A DNA stretch of 64,000 nt from Auanema rhodensis (taxonomy: Eukaryota; Animalia; Nematoda): the NCBI GenBank assembly GCA_964057225.1, contig OZ059900.1, forward strand, positions 10,602,001 to 10,666,000, in the 5' to 3' direction. The notes under the pieces are model-generated. The model ran no database searches. It saw nothing but the letters and a program-made list of their open reading frames with translations, and was not told the origin of the DNA. Below are positions 29,422 to 42,901 of the stretch, one piece after another (the first letter of the stretch is position 1; each line of letters opens with the position of its first letter). The position numbers and the translations under genes are program-made.

Positions 29422-32400
29422 TAACGAGAGAAATCTAGAGGAATCTAGAAAGGTGAAGCTTTTTCTATTTTTTGCACAAATACCAAGATATAGAATATAT
29501 AGTTAGACTAAGATTAATAGTTGCAAAAAAGAGCAGAAACAGCTTTTCTTAGGATTGTTATGGATATGTGATGAGCATTGGAATATATAATGGCTCTAAC
29601 AAGCATTTGTAGTTTACTGGATCACATAACGTAGCTTATGCTCAACCTATTTTTAAAATTATATATTAAATGCATATTATATATAATATAACTATATGAA
29701 TATATGTATATACATATAGTAAAATGGTTACTTATATACTACATGCTAATTTCTTATTAATATTAATGATATTTAAATGAAATATTGAGTCCGCGAGGTA
29801 AAGAAGACATCACTGATGACATTGAACATGAAAAATGAAAATGAACTCTTAACTTGAAGACGTTTCTTTTGCTTCTTAGCACATTTCGTCCTCCTACTTA
29901 CTTAATAGTTTAATATTTTAAATGGCATCACTACATATGCTTAGAGTCAAAGATTTCTCACCGCATATGGCTAATTGGAATGTAATTAATGCATAACTGA
30001 GAGAACTCGAATGAAGCTCAGAAGCTAAAGATATATGCGATGGCTATTATCTTGCATGTTATTCTTTAAACAAAATTCGGCGTCCTGCCTGGCTTCCGTC
30101 TTAGAGTAGCAGCTATCTATGCGCATCAATTATTGCTGTTTAACTCAAAATGCCAACATGAATTGCTTGATATAGCTCGGTGATCAATTTTTGTCTTTTT
30201 AAAGCTTTCCAAAATTAATCCACTTTCCTGTGAGAGATTGATTGGCATGGATAATTAAAGTCACACTTGTCAACCATTAGTACTTTAAAGTGTATGCTGT
30301 ACACTAGAATCAAATTTTAGATATTCAAACTAATTTTCATGTTAAAGGATTGAAGAGCGAACTCCACCATGTCCGGATGCTTCTATTTATGCTTTTAATT
30401 TCTCACTCCTTCTCACTCTTTCGTTTCTTTCTGACCTTCTCTCTCTTTCTCCTTGTTTTATCCTTCTATCTCTCACTATACATATACACATATTTTCTTC
30501 TCCATTCCTTCTAGTCCAGCTACATAAATGCAAGTTCCTTAACCACAAAAACATTTTACTTTTTAAAACAATATCTTGTCATCTTGTTCTACATACTCAG
30601 GCTATATTGTGATTATTGCTCAATGCTACGGCGTCTGTCTCTATTATAGCATGAACACTAAACTTCAAACACATCATTGGAACAATTGATAGAGAGGCAG
30701 AGGAAATCACAGAATGAGTTAGCGTAAAAGAAATAATATATTCAGTTCTCTAAAAAGCAGTTATTTTGTGTATGTAAGCTTAACAACGAGAGAGATGATT
30801 TAGTGTATTGAGAAAAGAATAAGAATAATATTTCCCTGCTAAACTTCAACTAAGCAACCAAAATCAAAAATCGTAAAAGAAAGTTGTATTCTATTTGGAA
30901 AAATACAACATAAAAAGTGAACGTTAAGTGGAAATAGTTAGTATGCTTTGCAATTGCACCAAAACGGAACATAAAATCTATTTTCATACAATTATAAGCT
31001 CAAGATAATATAAAATTGCTGACAAAACTGACTGTAACATGTACTCAAATAAGAGGTAAATAGTATGAAATGACTAAAACTTGAGAAAAGGAATAAAGAA
31101 AAATGGGAAATATAGATGAAGCATGTTCACTTGATCATAAGAACAGAGTCAACGAGAAATACGAATGGAATGTGATATGAACGAAAAAAATAAAAATAAG
31201 AAATAAATAACATTTGATTTTTAAGAATGTCAATAGAATACGATAGATTTAATATGCTGAAATACACACTTTCACTCTGCCGCCTTGCCGTTCTTCTTCT
31301 TATGTTCCTTCAGACTCTTCACATGGCTTAGTCTCTAACTTTCTTAGTATTAGGCAAAAAAATAATTTTGACATCCGGACATGAAGTCAAAGATTAATAT
31401 GAAAAAGAAATACGATCAAAACGTTATTTGAGTCTGAGAAGCAGATTAAATTAGACGCGAAAAGATGCGATGAGTTCGGGTCTAGCGGAGATCATATAGA
31501 CATGATTTGCATGTAATCATCAAAGATTTGTTGATATCATTATCATCTACTTGGCATCAACAACATATGGCTGATTTACGCAAGAAATAGGGTTATAGTT
31601 TGGTTTGTTGTGTTGTCTGATTTCACAAACTTTCAAACATTGAAATTAAATGAGAGCAGATACATAGTACAGAGAAAAAGAAACAGAAAGCGACAAATGC
31701 TTCATCAATTCATTGTGTCATAAGCACGAAATGAAATAACATTTCTACAAGATGGTTAAATGATTGTATGCAGATGATGTGTGTATGTGAAAGCATATAA
31801 ATGTTATGTTTCTCTCTCGAAACCCTCTTAGTTGTTCTCTCTTTTCTGTCAATCCGCATACTCTTTCACTCTCTCACTATTTAACTGTTCTATGCACATC
31901 TGTTTAAACTTTTCTCTCTCTTCCTCTCAACCATTTTATATCCGCTTCACAACACATCACATGACATTTTTGGGATTAAAAAGACTTCAGTGAAACTTTC
32001 GTTTTTTTTCTTTTAGATTATTCCATGTGCAGTCGACTGTGTGCTTTTTGAATCATAAAGGTTTAAAAGAAGACAAAAATATGAAGCTTGAAACATGCTT
32101 TCTTATTTTCAATAACCAGTAACAGGTAGAAAAGTGATGTAGACAGTTTCTGACAGCTATGTATAAGAATGTATAGTAAAGATTAAGAATAAAAACACTA
32201 ACAAGCTTAATATTAATTTACAGCATTAATTACACTGCCATTATTATAATACAGAACTATGAATACAAAATATCATAGTTAGTCAATTTTATTTATATAA
32301 CAATTTTTATAATTAAATTCGTTTTAAATTCTTTCTATGAAAAACAATTATAAAGAAAAAATAATAATATTAACGTCCACCTCATCAGCATGACAATGCT

Positions 32401-35400
32401 AGAGCTTATTATATGATTCGAGAAACAAACTATAGCTGTAATAAACTAAATTCTGATAGATTCAAGCTTCACAAATTTATAAACAATTCAACAAAGAGTA
32501 TAATATTCGAATTTTAGATTATTTTTTATTATTTGTATAGTATAATATAATTTTTTTTTAATTTTTAAAACTTTTCTTGAAATGGTAATAGGGTGCTAGA
32601 AAAATAAAGAATTTAAAGTTGATAGGAGACATGAAGTTTTGAAAAAAACGGCATAACAGAGGCAGAAATATACTTCAAAAGTTCAGTGATGTCACTGAAA
32701 AAGACGCCTGATGAAAATGAATCGGATAGGCTAGTAGTAGTAAAATTCTGCTCATTTTAGCTGCACGGTTGTGAGGTGGTTCAGCGTCAGATTTTATGCT
32801 CAATTCCAACTAGATAATTTGTGTCTCATAGTGAATAAAAGATAACAAATTGTGTGCCAATTTACATTTTTCGTTAGAAAATTCACTCTGAAAATCCATT
32901 AGGCATTTTGTTAAAGTTTCGGTAATTTAGGAACACATAAAGAATTCGTGATACATCTGGTACAGCGGCATATCTCTAATAGAATATCTGTTGAAAACTA
33001 GCTGACTTGATGAAATAGAAAAATGGGTAGACTTTAATTCTGGGGAGGGATGGAGACAAGACGAGAAAAAGGGGTTGGGTAAGGTGAAGAGGTGAAAGGG
33101 CAAGAAGAAATAAGAGACATTAATGCAACGAGTGTTAAAAAAGAGTAAAATTATATTATAGATAGAAGTCACTAAAAAGACACAAAATTCTATGAGATAT
33201 GAGCAAATATATATATAAATAAACTATACATCTTTGTTTTAATATCATATAATTTGTTTAAAAAACTGTTTATAAATGTGAAACAACGATGTATGTTTCA
33301 CTGACCGTCTATTCTTGAAATGTTAATTGATATGAATTGAAAATGAATGCTCATGACAGATTTTCGAAATAATTGTAAAACATGCAGATGAGAGTAAAAT
33401 GGTGTTGCATTAATGAATAAAATGAAATAACGGATTTAAGAAGAAATTAAATCAGATACAAACTTAAAAAAGGCGGAAATCTAAGAAAAATAAAAAGATA
33501 CGAAAAAACAAGAAGAAGTTACTGAGGTCGTTCTATGGTTAATTTGAAAAACGATAATAATGAATAAATGTATTAAGTATAGATTATATTTTTTTTCTAA
33601 AGGGATAGAGTTGGGTGAATGTAAAAAAGAGATGAGAAGGCCGAGAGAATTACATAAAGAGATAGATATTAAGAATGTTATTTGAGAGAAAAAAAATTAG
33701 AAAGTTGAAAAAAGATTATGAGAGACAAAATTGTGGCGATGTTACTAACTATGCTTATATACGCATATAAATATATGTATCTTCCTATATCTATATAATA
33801 TGTAATATATTTCTGGATATAGTTATGCGAGATGAAAAGTCATAAGATTCGAAATAAGTATAGCATATCTTCTCTCTTTCTACACTACTCCTCTCATCTC
33901 TTCTTTCCTCACGCTCTCACCCAAATAATGTTATTCTTCAAACAGAATATATAAATCTCTGATGAATAAGATTTAGCATGATTAGCTAAACTTGTCAAAT
34001 CATAATATGCTTTGAGAACTAACGTGTATTCTTGTTCTAATATCTTATACATGTATATATACATACATATAATTGAATGAAATGACCTCTTGAACTTTTC
34101 GAGATACTATTTATTACAACAAAAAGTAAAAAGGAGACAGATTCAGCTAGATATATGAATTTGAAATATGATGAAACAAGAGAGAACTGATATAACTAGT
34201 TATCTTTAATTTTTTCTAATTTCTGGAATGTAAAAAGAAAAGTGTAAAACGAAACAGTTTTTAAAAATAATGAGAAACATTTATGTTCATCTTATACGAA
34301 TTAATTTAGAAAATGATTAAGTAACGGGATGTTGGGATTTTCGATTAGTATTATATTAGAATATTTCCGAGATGGATCAAAAGCATAAAGCTGATTATCA
34401 TGAGATTATTTCAAGAAGAAGACAAACTAATTCAATTTCTCAATTCAAACTTTTATCTCCCTATTGATTTTGTACTTATTCTCTCATACATCATGAAATT
34501 AAATAAATTGATATGAAACATTATATGTTGAATATATGGGTTTTCATATATAATTGAAAAAAAATTCGTACAATATGAAGTTATGTGTTATTTAGTTGTT
34601 TGAAGAGTACTAAGTATATTGAAATATTATGCATATACAGATTGAAAAATGAAGATAATGTTCGTGTTCGATGATAAAACTTCCAACGGAAAAACGAATG
34701 CTACTGAATTATTAGTAGAACATTCTGCAGATATCGGTAGAAACTGACGTGAAATAAAAAAATGAACCCATCGACATACTCTATCGAATGTTCATGTTTT
34801 GTTTGAAAAAAAATGAAGAGAAAAGCGTATAGTAGTGCTAATCTTATGCAAGTACATTCAAAATGACATTTTCAAAACATGGCAAGTAGACTTTCCTGAT
34901 GATGCGAGTATAAATTGTATACACTGGATGAGATTGAACATGAATAAATTGAAAAAGACAAAGTTGAATGCAGGAATGACGCCACAGTTAGGCTTTTTCG
35001 CAACATTCATTATAATTCTCAAATTATTATCAATTTCATTACTAGGTTATTTCCTGAATATATTTAGTAATTTGGATTTTGGGATTCAAAAAACATATTC
35101 ATTTCTATTAACCTTTCTTCCTTCCATTTGAAATCGATCAACAAAATTGTTCATTTTTCAAATACTACAAGACATTTTCGGAAAAGATAAATTTGGAGCG
35201 ATAAAACAGGCATGAACCTTTAGAAGCCAACAAATAAGTGGAACTTGAGATAAAATATTATTCAATTGTTCAAAAATTGAAAAAAAAACGAGAAGAATAA
35301 AAATAATTTCATGCAATACATTTAGAAATGTATTTATTATCTTATTTGGTAATTATTATCCAGCTAATGCAATGCTAATGTGATGGCTTAATTAAATATT

Positions 35401-38400
35401 TAAACTTTATCTCAATACATTTTTTTCATTTTTTAAGTTTTTCTCTCCATTTATATAATTATTAATAATAACTAGTCACCAATTATCGATTTATTATTTT
35501 TATTTCTCGGAACAGATACAATTTTTTTTGAAAAATTTGAAGACTTTCAATACATTAGTGAAAATTCGACTTTGTATGAAAAGGACTTTTTTGAATTCCA
35601 TTCATTTTGTTCTACACGCCTAAAGTTCTTGTAGTTTACTAATATCAATTACTTTTTCTGTACCAAAGTGACGATATTCAACGTTTTTCTTAATAATTCA
35701 TTGTACATGCTTTAACAAGTTCTTTTCTATTTTCCAAAGTTTCACGCTGCATAAACATTATACGATTATTATTTCATACTTACGTACGTCAATTTTAAAG
35801 TTGAGGGAATTTAAATTATAAAAAGAGTTCACTGATATTTTACAATATTTCTATTATATTATAATGAAAAAAAATTTTTTTCTTCATTTCTGAACATAAT
35901 TTGAGCGATTGAATTGCTTTTCGTTTTCAGCTTTTATTTCTAGAAAATAGTTATAATATCATAATAAATCTATAAACGAGATCAGACAATATAAATATTA
36001 AAATTCTTTTATAATAAAATTGCATAATATGTTGCATTTCAAAACTGAAATTATGCTACATTAACATTGATAATTGATTTTAAAATACAGGAATTGCATC
36101 AGATTTCCTGTAATTTCGTGAAAGGTTCTTTTTTTCATGGCTGTGTAGATGTATATATGCAAATATTCTAAACTTTAGACGATTATACTCTAAGATATTT
36201 CATTTTAAACAAAGTAAAAACATTTTGTGTCTCAAGTTTCCAACATAGTTTGTAGTTTATCAATCTATTTGTATTTATATGTTCTTTAATAAAAAAACCA
36301 AGTTGTTATAATATTTGAGTTTTGATCAATGAACGTTCAATATAAACCATTTATTTTATTGTTTTCTATTCTCATTAATTTTGCTAACTGAAACATATCT
36401 TACAGCTTGTGTTTCATTTATCTGGGTCTTATTTGATGAACAATACACATGTTGTTCATATTTTTTTCTTTATAGGAAAAAATAAAAAAGAATTTGGAAA
36501 AATAATTTTTCTTTGTAATTGAAAAGAAAAAAAATGAAAATGTTATTATAATAGGCCTAAAAACAAGATTATTTTCAAAGCAATACTTATGTTATTATGA
36601 TGTTTCAAATGTTTCAATGTTTCAAATTATTAATACGAGTATCAACATTTGTTTCAGGACTCATATAATCACGGCTGCGAATAGATTCTAGATGTTTGTG
36701 TGAGACAAGAGCAATGTGCATCCTTTATGACCTTATCTCTACTACTACCAACTCTGTTAATCTTAATCTCAAACCTAAATTGAAAATTTCATTCATCTGG
36801 AAATGTAATGTAAACCATGTATTTGAATTATTGGCAGTTTGATGTTAAGAAAAAGTAGAACAAAGAAATGACAAAAATGATAAAGTAACAGATATAGCAG
36901 TGAAATGATCTGCAAGGGATTAGAAATAAACAAAAAAAAGAAGGAAAACAATAAAAAAAAAGACAAAAACGAGCAAAAAAAGAAAAAGTAGCAATATTCA
37001 GACAAAATAAATAAAAAACTATATATTTGAGAGACAAAATAAAGTTGATATAAGGTTAGAGATATTTGGACGAATGAATTTGCTTGATAGAATTTGAATA
37101 GAAAATTGACGAATTTACTGCTAAATCCGATTGTATAACTCAATTTCATTGGTCAAGTGTTTGATCGATGTGAATTAAATGAAGTTCGTATGCGATACCT
37201 AAGCCATTACGTCATGTTATGTGTTTTCATTTTTTCCGATTTCTTAATAGCATACAACGCAGAAAGAAAACAACAAATGTAAGAAACATTACTCTATATT
37301 GAGCTGTTTCTGAGATTTTGGTTACTTTGTTCATGCCGTATTCATTGTTTTCTTTATTTTTTCATAAGTTTTTATACTTGGTCGCTCATGATTAATCACA
37401 TGTTGATGTGTTTTGCTGTTCTTTTCCTTCACTTTCTTTTTCCTTTTACTTCAACTGAAATACTATCTGTAACGTTTTTCTAAGTTGATTGTTAGGCATT
37501 GCATTTAGCAAACCCTTAACCTGAGAAACGTGTCTTTTACGTATTTTGTTCGGGATAAAGCATTATCATCTCCGATTACTGTGCTAGCTGGCACTCAATT
37601 CTTTGATGTATGATGATTGCTCTACGTCATTTTCTTTCCCAACAGTTAAATGACTATTTATGATCATAAACGCATTATTATCATCATTTGTTTGACTTAG
37701 TTCAATCTTTGCAAGTGTTTGTTGTAGTAACAACGAGAGACAATAGATCATACACACGGATGCCTTCTCTTCCCTCGATGTATTATTGTTTTATCATAAA
37801 TACTACGCTGTGAATTATTGCAATTTAGGCTTTCTTGGTAAAGCTTATGTTTCCTTATTTTAGCGCAAAAAAATTTTTTGCTATCACAACCTGTTTTTTG
37901 ATCATGCTCCATAATAATAATCAAGAAAAAAACATAAAAAGAATAGAAAATGTCCCATTATAGCATGTTTCAATGAATAAAAAAACATACAAGAATACTA
38001 CTAATGATCGCATTCACATTTATTCATATATTTTATTTATCTTTGTCTGAATAAATGTTAGAAAAACTTAAATCTTCTCCAAAATCTATTGGATTCATTT
38101 CTATTATCGTTTTTCATATTTTCTTCATTTTTATCCAAATAAACTAAATAAAATTTTATGAAGTTTTCTGATTATTTTTTCCTATTTGTTTTGGGGAGGG
38201 GGACCTCCTCGTGTGCACGCCTCTATCTCTCCGTATTCTTGTTCATATATCTCATTTACTCTCCAACTTTTAAACTCTCGCTCCGCGACTTTTTCACTCA
38301 GTCCTCCCTTTTTCGACATTTTCGCTCTCTCTATCTATTTCTCATCCATTGTTCATCGCACATATGATGCGCATGCCTCGACGCATGAGCAAATTTCACA

Positions 38401-39179
38401 AATTTTTCATGTTTTACTTTGACCATATGTGACGTTCTCGTATGCTGTATGAATCAGTCACATTGATTCCCAAGGTTTATTTATAAGATTTACTGTCTAT
38501 AAGCTTATTTCACACTCAAACGCATGCGTTATTCATTTTTTATCAAACGAAAAAAGACAATTCTTGGAAAGGCTTTTTTTTGAATAACTTTTATCCACTT
38601 TTATTCTTTTTTTTGTTAAGTAAATCAATTCTTGATTACTTGAAATGCAATATGTATTGTAACACAAATGCCATATGGAAACTAGAAAGAAGAACGGTAG
38701 GTGAAGACAAAAGGAGGAAAAGGAAATAAAAAGGGAGAAGTTGAAACTGAGAGAGATAGAAAATGAAATAGAAAGAGAAATAGAAAGAAAATATAATCAC
38801 CCTTTCAAGTAGTCTAAATCATATGAATATATTCAACTTTTTGTTCACGCTACTTTAATAAAATTGAGATTTAGAATGAAATAAAAAGAAAAAAATAACA
38901 AAATGAATGTAATGTGAATTCCTTTTCTACATATTCATTCAATCAAATGAACTCTTTCTGTTTCATGTTTATTCTCTCTTCCCTCATATTCTTTATCATT
39001 TTTTTCATATTGCACTGAAACGGAAACGAATACATGTGGATATGTGATGCGAATTTGGAAAGCGAAGATAAGTGCGTCTGAGGGTGGGGTAGGGTGTGGT
39101 TAAACGCGAGGTACTACAAAAAGTAATGTAGATACATAGAGGAAGAGAGAGAAGCGAAAAGAAAGATGAATGACATCAT

Positions 39180-39183
<4 letters not shown>

Positions 39184-39256
<73 letters not shown>
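39184..39256. repeat. (TA)n(GA)n compound microsatellite upstream of the orphan GPCR
   Basis: Direct reading of the sequence. Confidence 0.92.
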
Positions 39257-39752
39257 GCATGAAACAAAAAAAGAAAGGGAGGGAAGAAATCTGAGCAGAG
39301 TTAAGATGTGCTACAAGATTTTCGTTTTTGCCATTTTCTATACTCCCTACATTGCCAAACACAGGCACGAATTAGTTTATTTGTGCAACATTTGGTCCTG
39401 TTATATATTAAAGACTACCATCTCTATTGTGATTGAAATTGAGTCGTTTTTTTTTCATTCTTTCTGAATTTCATGTTTCTTTTCAACAATTTTTTTATTT
39501 TATTTTGAATGTAATCATCACACATAGTATATACTTCACTTCTTAAACATCTGGTTTGTACGCCATTTCGTTATTTGTATTTTTCGAATGTGTTGTGAGA
39601 TCTTGTGACACGCATCCTCGCGTTTATCTTCATTTAGTATCCAGATAGCCTTTGCTTTTGCTCTTCCTCCTTTTTTTCATTTAACCTTTCACCTTTTGTT
39701 GCTCCCATATAATCGCATTTGTGATCATCATGAGTAATTTTGTTTTCAAATA

Positions 39753-39759
39753 TTTTCAG
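39753..39759 (+). promoter_or_regulatory. Likely trans-splice acceptor of the orphan GPCR
   Basis: Consensus TTTTCAG lies 24 nt upstream of the ATG at 39784, after a pyrimidine-rich tract. Confidence 0.6.
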
Positions 39760-39783
39760 AAACATCATTAAAGTAACAGCTAC

Positions 39784-42700
39784 ATGTCGGATTCGTCCTT
39801 AGCCTGGTGGCGTCATTCACCAGCATGCTATCATGAGCCAAAAGTTCATGATCACGATTTATATTTCCAACTAGGAACACTAAATCTTTACATTCTACTA
39901 CCAATTGCATTGCTAGGTGTATTCTTCAATTCAATAGCGCTTGTGAGTTTTTTTTACAATCATATTGTATTAGTTAGTTTCTATAAATCAAACACGTTCT
40001 CTTTTTTCAAATAATAACTTCTTGATATAGTGTCCGATTATCCAAGTTCAAATTTAAAATATCATATCCTTTTTCTTATTTTTCTAGCATCAAAAAAATT
40101 AATCTGCATTAAAATTAAAAAAATGTATTTTTCGAAAACTCGACTCTTTTTTCATGAATTTTAGAATTTCGATTTAATCAGATATTTTCTTCACCATGTT
40201 CGCATTTAAAATATGTCACAAGCCTTTCTTCTTTTGGTCAAATTTAGTAGAGGCAGACTGCTTGTCAAATGTTGAAAAAGACAAAATAATTTGGGCCAAT
40301 AGGACACAAACATTATTGACATAAATATCTATGATGAGCATGTGTAAGGAAGAGCGGAGAAGAAGCGTTCATGAGCAATATGGACGGATAATGCGAACAC
40401 AATTTTAGAAAATGCGAAGAAAATGAATGAAGATGAAATGAAAATAAGTATTAAGACAAAAGATGAAAAGAAAAATATAAACAAAACAAATAAATTTTAT
40501 ATTATTTTTCAAAATCAAAAAAAAACATAAATATATGTTAATTTTTTTATTTTATTTTAGTATAATAGAATGCTTTTTGTATGTTTTTCTTTCATTTTAT
40601 TCAAAAAAAAAACGATTCTTCTTTTTATTCTGTTCACTGTTTTCTTTCAACATTAAATGATTGAACAACAAATCAAATAAAACAGAATGAAATAAACAAT
40701 AGTGAAATCTAAATCTCTAAAAATTTTTTTTTGAATTATCTGGACAGAAAAAAAAGATATTCTGAAACAGAAAATAACAAAAATACTTTTATAAACTATT
40801 TCTATTTAAAAATAATATTTATTTCACATTTAAGATTTTTCTGCATCGCCCACCAAAAATTACTTCCGGTGTATTTGTATATGTGCGTGCATTACTTATA
40901 TTGGATCATTGCCAATTGCTTATAACGGCTGCTACTGTACTTGTGCCACAATTATGTGATAAGCATCATTCGAAGAATCATACACTCTACAACTTTTGTA
41001 TGTTTGAGAGGCGATTCTTGAAACATACGATTCCCAGGTCTGTTGATGATGTTTTGATTCAATGTGCAATACTTCATTCATATATTTCCAGTCATGGGAA
41101 GAAAACATTAAAATCTTTTCATAAACTTAAAACAATATTTTCAGAATCGAATCAACCGTAAATACTATGCATGTATGGACAATAGCGGCATTATCAGCTC
41201 ATCGATACTGGAAGGTTATACCTCTATAAAATTTTTAAACTCTTATATCTAATATTACTTATCAACTTCAGATATCTAAACCAGTTGTATCCCGATTGAA
41301 AGATACAGTGCACAAAGCTCATACAATGCTCACGCTACTCTTTGCCGTAGTTCTGTTATTTCGACTTCCAACATTTATTCTTGAATTGAAATTCGGCTGG
41401 AAGCCATCATTTCGCATAAATAAGCGAATAGCCGCAACAGAGGTAAAGCTTTGAATTTTGCTCTCAAATCTCACACAGTTATCAGATTTCAACAAACCAT
41501 TGAATAATTTAATTTAAACTACTTCATTAATAGCTGTTCATTGTTTTTTAGTTTTCAAATTCAAAAATATTGTATTACTTTGCTAGTATCTCATTTTTTT
41601 TCAAATTGAAAAAATGGATATTTAGCAAACGAAGAATACTTCTTTGTTCTTCAAGAATGGGTCTGAAAATATATTTAGGTCAACAAGGATGTTCAAATAT
41701 TTTAGTCTCAGTCAATGGAATATGAATTTTTGTTGTCTTCACAATACGACGAGAAACATTTCGAACTTGAAATTTTAAATAAACTAAACAATGAAAAAAT
41801 GCTGTTATAAGAGTTTCATTAGCATGTATATAATTTCAGATTTTATCACCATATCGATTCATTTATCATACAATATTGGATCCTTTATTCAATAATATTC
41901 TACCGTTCATTTGGATGAGCTTGTTTTCACTATTAACTTTGCATGAAATTTTCAATACAAGGCATCTAACATATCTTCAACTTGGATCTGACTCTAAACG
42001 ACAGCCGTTAACGTAAGATATTCCTATTGCAATTGACTTTTTCCATTCGATCAAAGCGTAACTATACCTCGTTTCAGCGAATCGTTAGCCCCTTGTTATC
42101 GACGTAAAGCTGAATTAATGCGGCATAAACAAGAACTAAGAGCTACAATCTCTATTGTTCTCATCATTATCTTGTATCTTCTGTTACACTCCGTAATGCT
42201 GTTCCTCGTTGTTAGAAAATGGCAGTTAATGATGCAACGCCAATGTCCTAATAGGTTTGCCTAATTGAATACCTTCTTTGAAATTCTGGTACGCTCAAAT
42301 AGTTCAAATAGTTCAAAAATTTTTTCTGGTCAATTTAAAATTTATTTTTAATATTATATTTTCAAAAATTTTTTAAAGAGAAATTAGAAAGAACTAAGAA
42401 AGTTGGAAGTTTTTTCATCAAACTTGATTACAATTTTCGAATTAACTGGTATTTTGAGCTTTTTAAAATCTAATTTTTTTAGAAAAGAACTTTTTTACAA
42501 GAAAATGGGATGAGTCTATTGAAATGAAAACTTCCCGTTTTACTTTAAAAGAGTCATTTTCAAAAAGTCCAAGAAACTTTGGAAAAATAATTAACTTTAA
42601 GAATATTATATTTAAATAGATAACCACAACAATTAGTTTTGCTAATTAATTGATTCTTTTTTTCAGATATGATTACTTCCATTCACATATCGCTCACATA

Positions 42701-42901
42701 CTATCTCTTATCTCAGCATCAGTTAATGCATTCGTGTTTATCGCATTTACTAATCATCTCAAAAAATATTTTCGCGTTCTTATACGTAAAGCTTCGCGCA
42801 CACTATCTCATTCAAGTGAGCCTTCACTAAGTCCTAAAACAACTGTCTCACTATTACCAGCTAATTTAAAAAGTGCCAGTAATGTAGATATGTATTTATA
42901 A
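39784..42901 (+). CDS. Orphan rhodopsin-class 7TM receptor (loosely FMRFamide/peptide-receptor-like), 7 exons, about 395 aa
   Basis: Exons 39784-39942, 40835-41037, 41145-41214, 41272-41442, 41840-42012, 42078-42254, 42667-42901; GT-AG, phases consistent, 1188 nt. Seven hydrophobic segments: TM1 LLPIALLGVFFNSIAL, TM2 FVYVRALLILD, TM3 HVWTIAALSAHRYW, TM4 VVLLFRLPTF, TM5 NILPFIWM, TM6 ELRATISIVLIIILYLLLHS, TM7 ISASVNAFVF, followed by a basic helix-8 and a Ser/Thr-rich tail. Confidence 0.88.

Noticed and set aside
34224-34248. miR-1-like string TGGAATGTAAAAAGAAAAGTGTA
   Set aside because: Only the 5' part matches and there is no complementary star arm. Other seed-only matches (TGAGATCA, TGACTAGA, TAGCACCA, TGAAAGAC) likewise diverge from the known mature miRNAs after the seed.
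36657-36840. TTTCAG acceptor followed by a signal-peptide-like MTLSLLLPTLLILISNLN
   Set aside because: The frame stops after 18 codons, with no donor or dibasic-cleavage peptide exon to support a neuropeptide gene.
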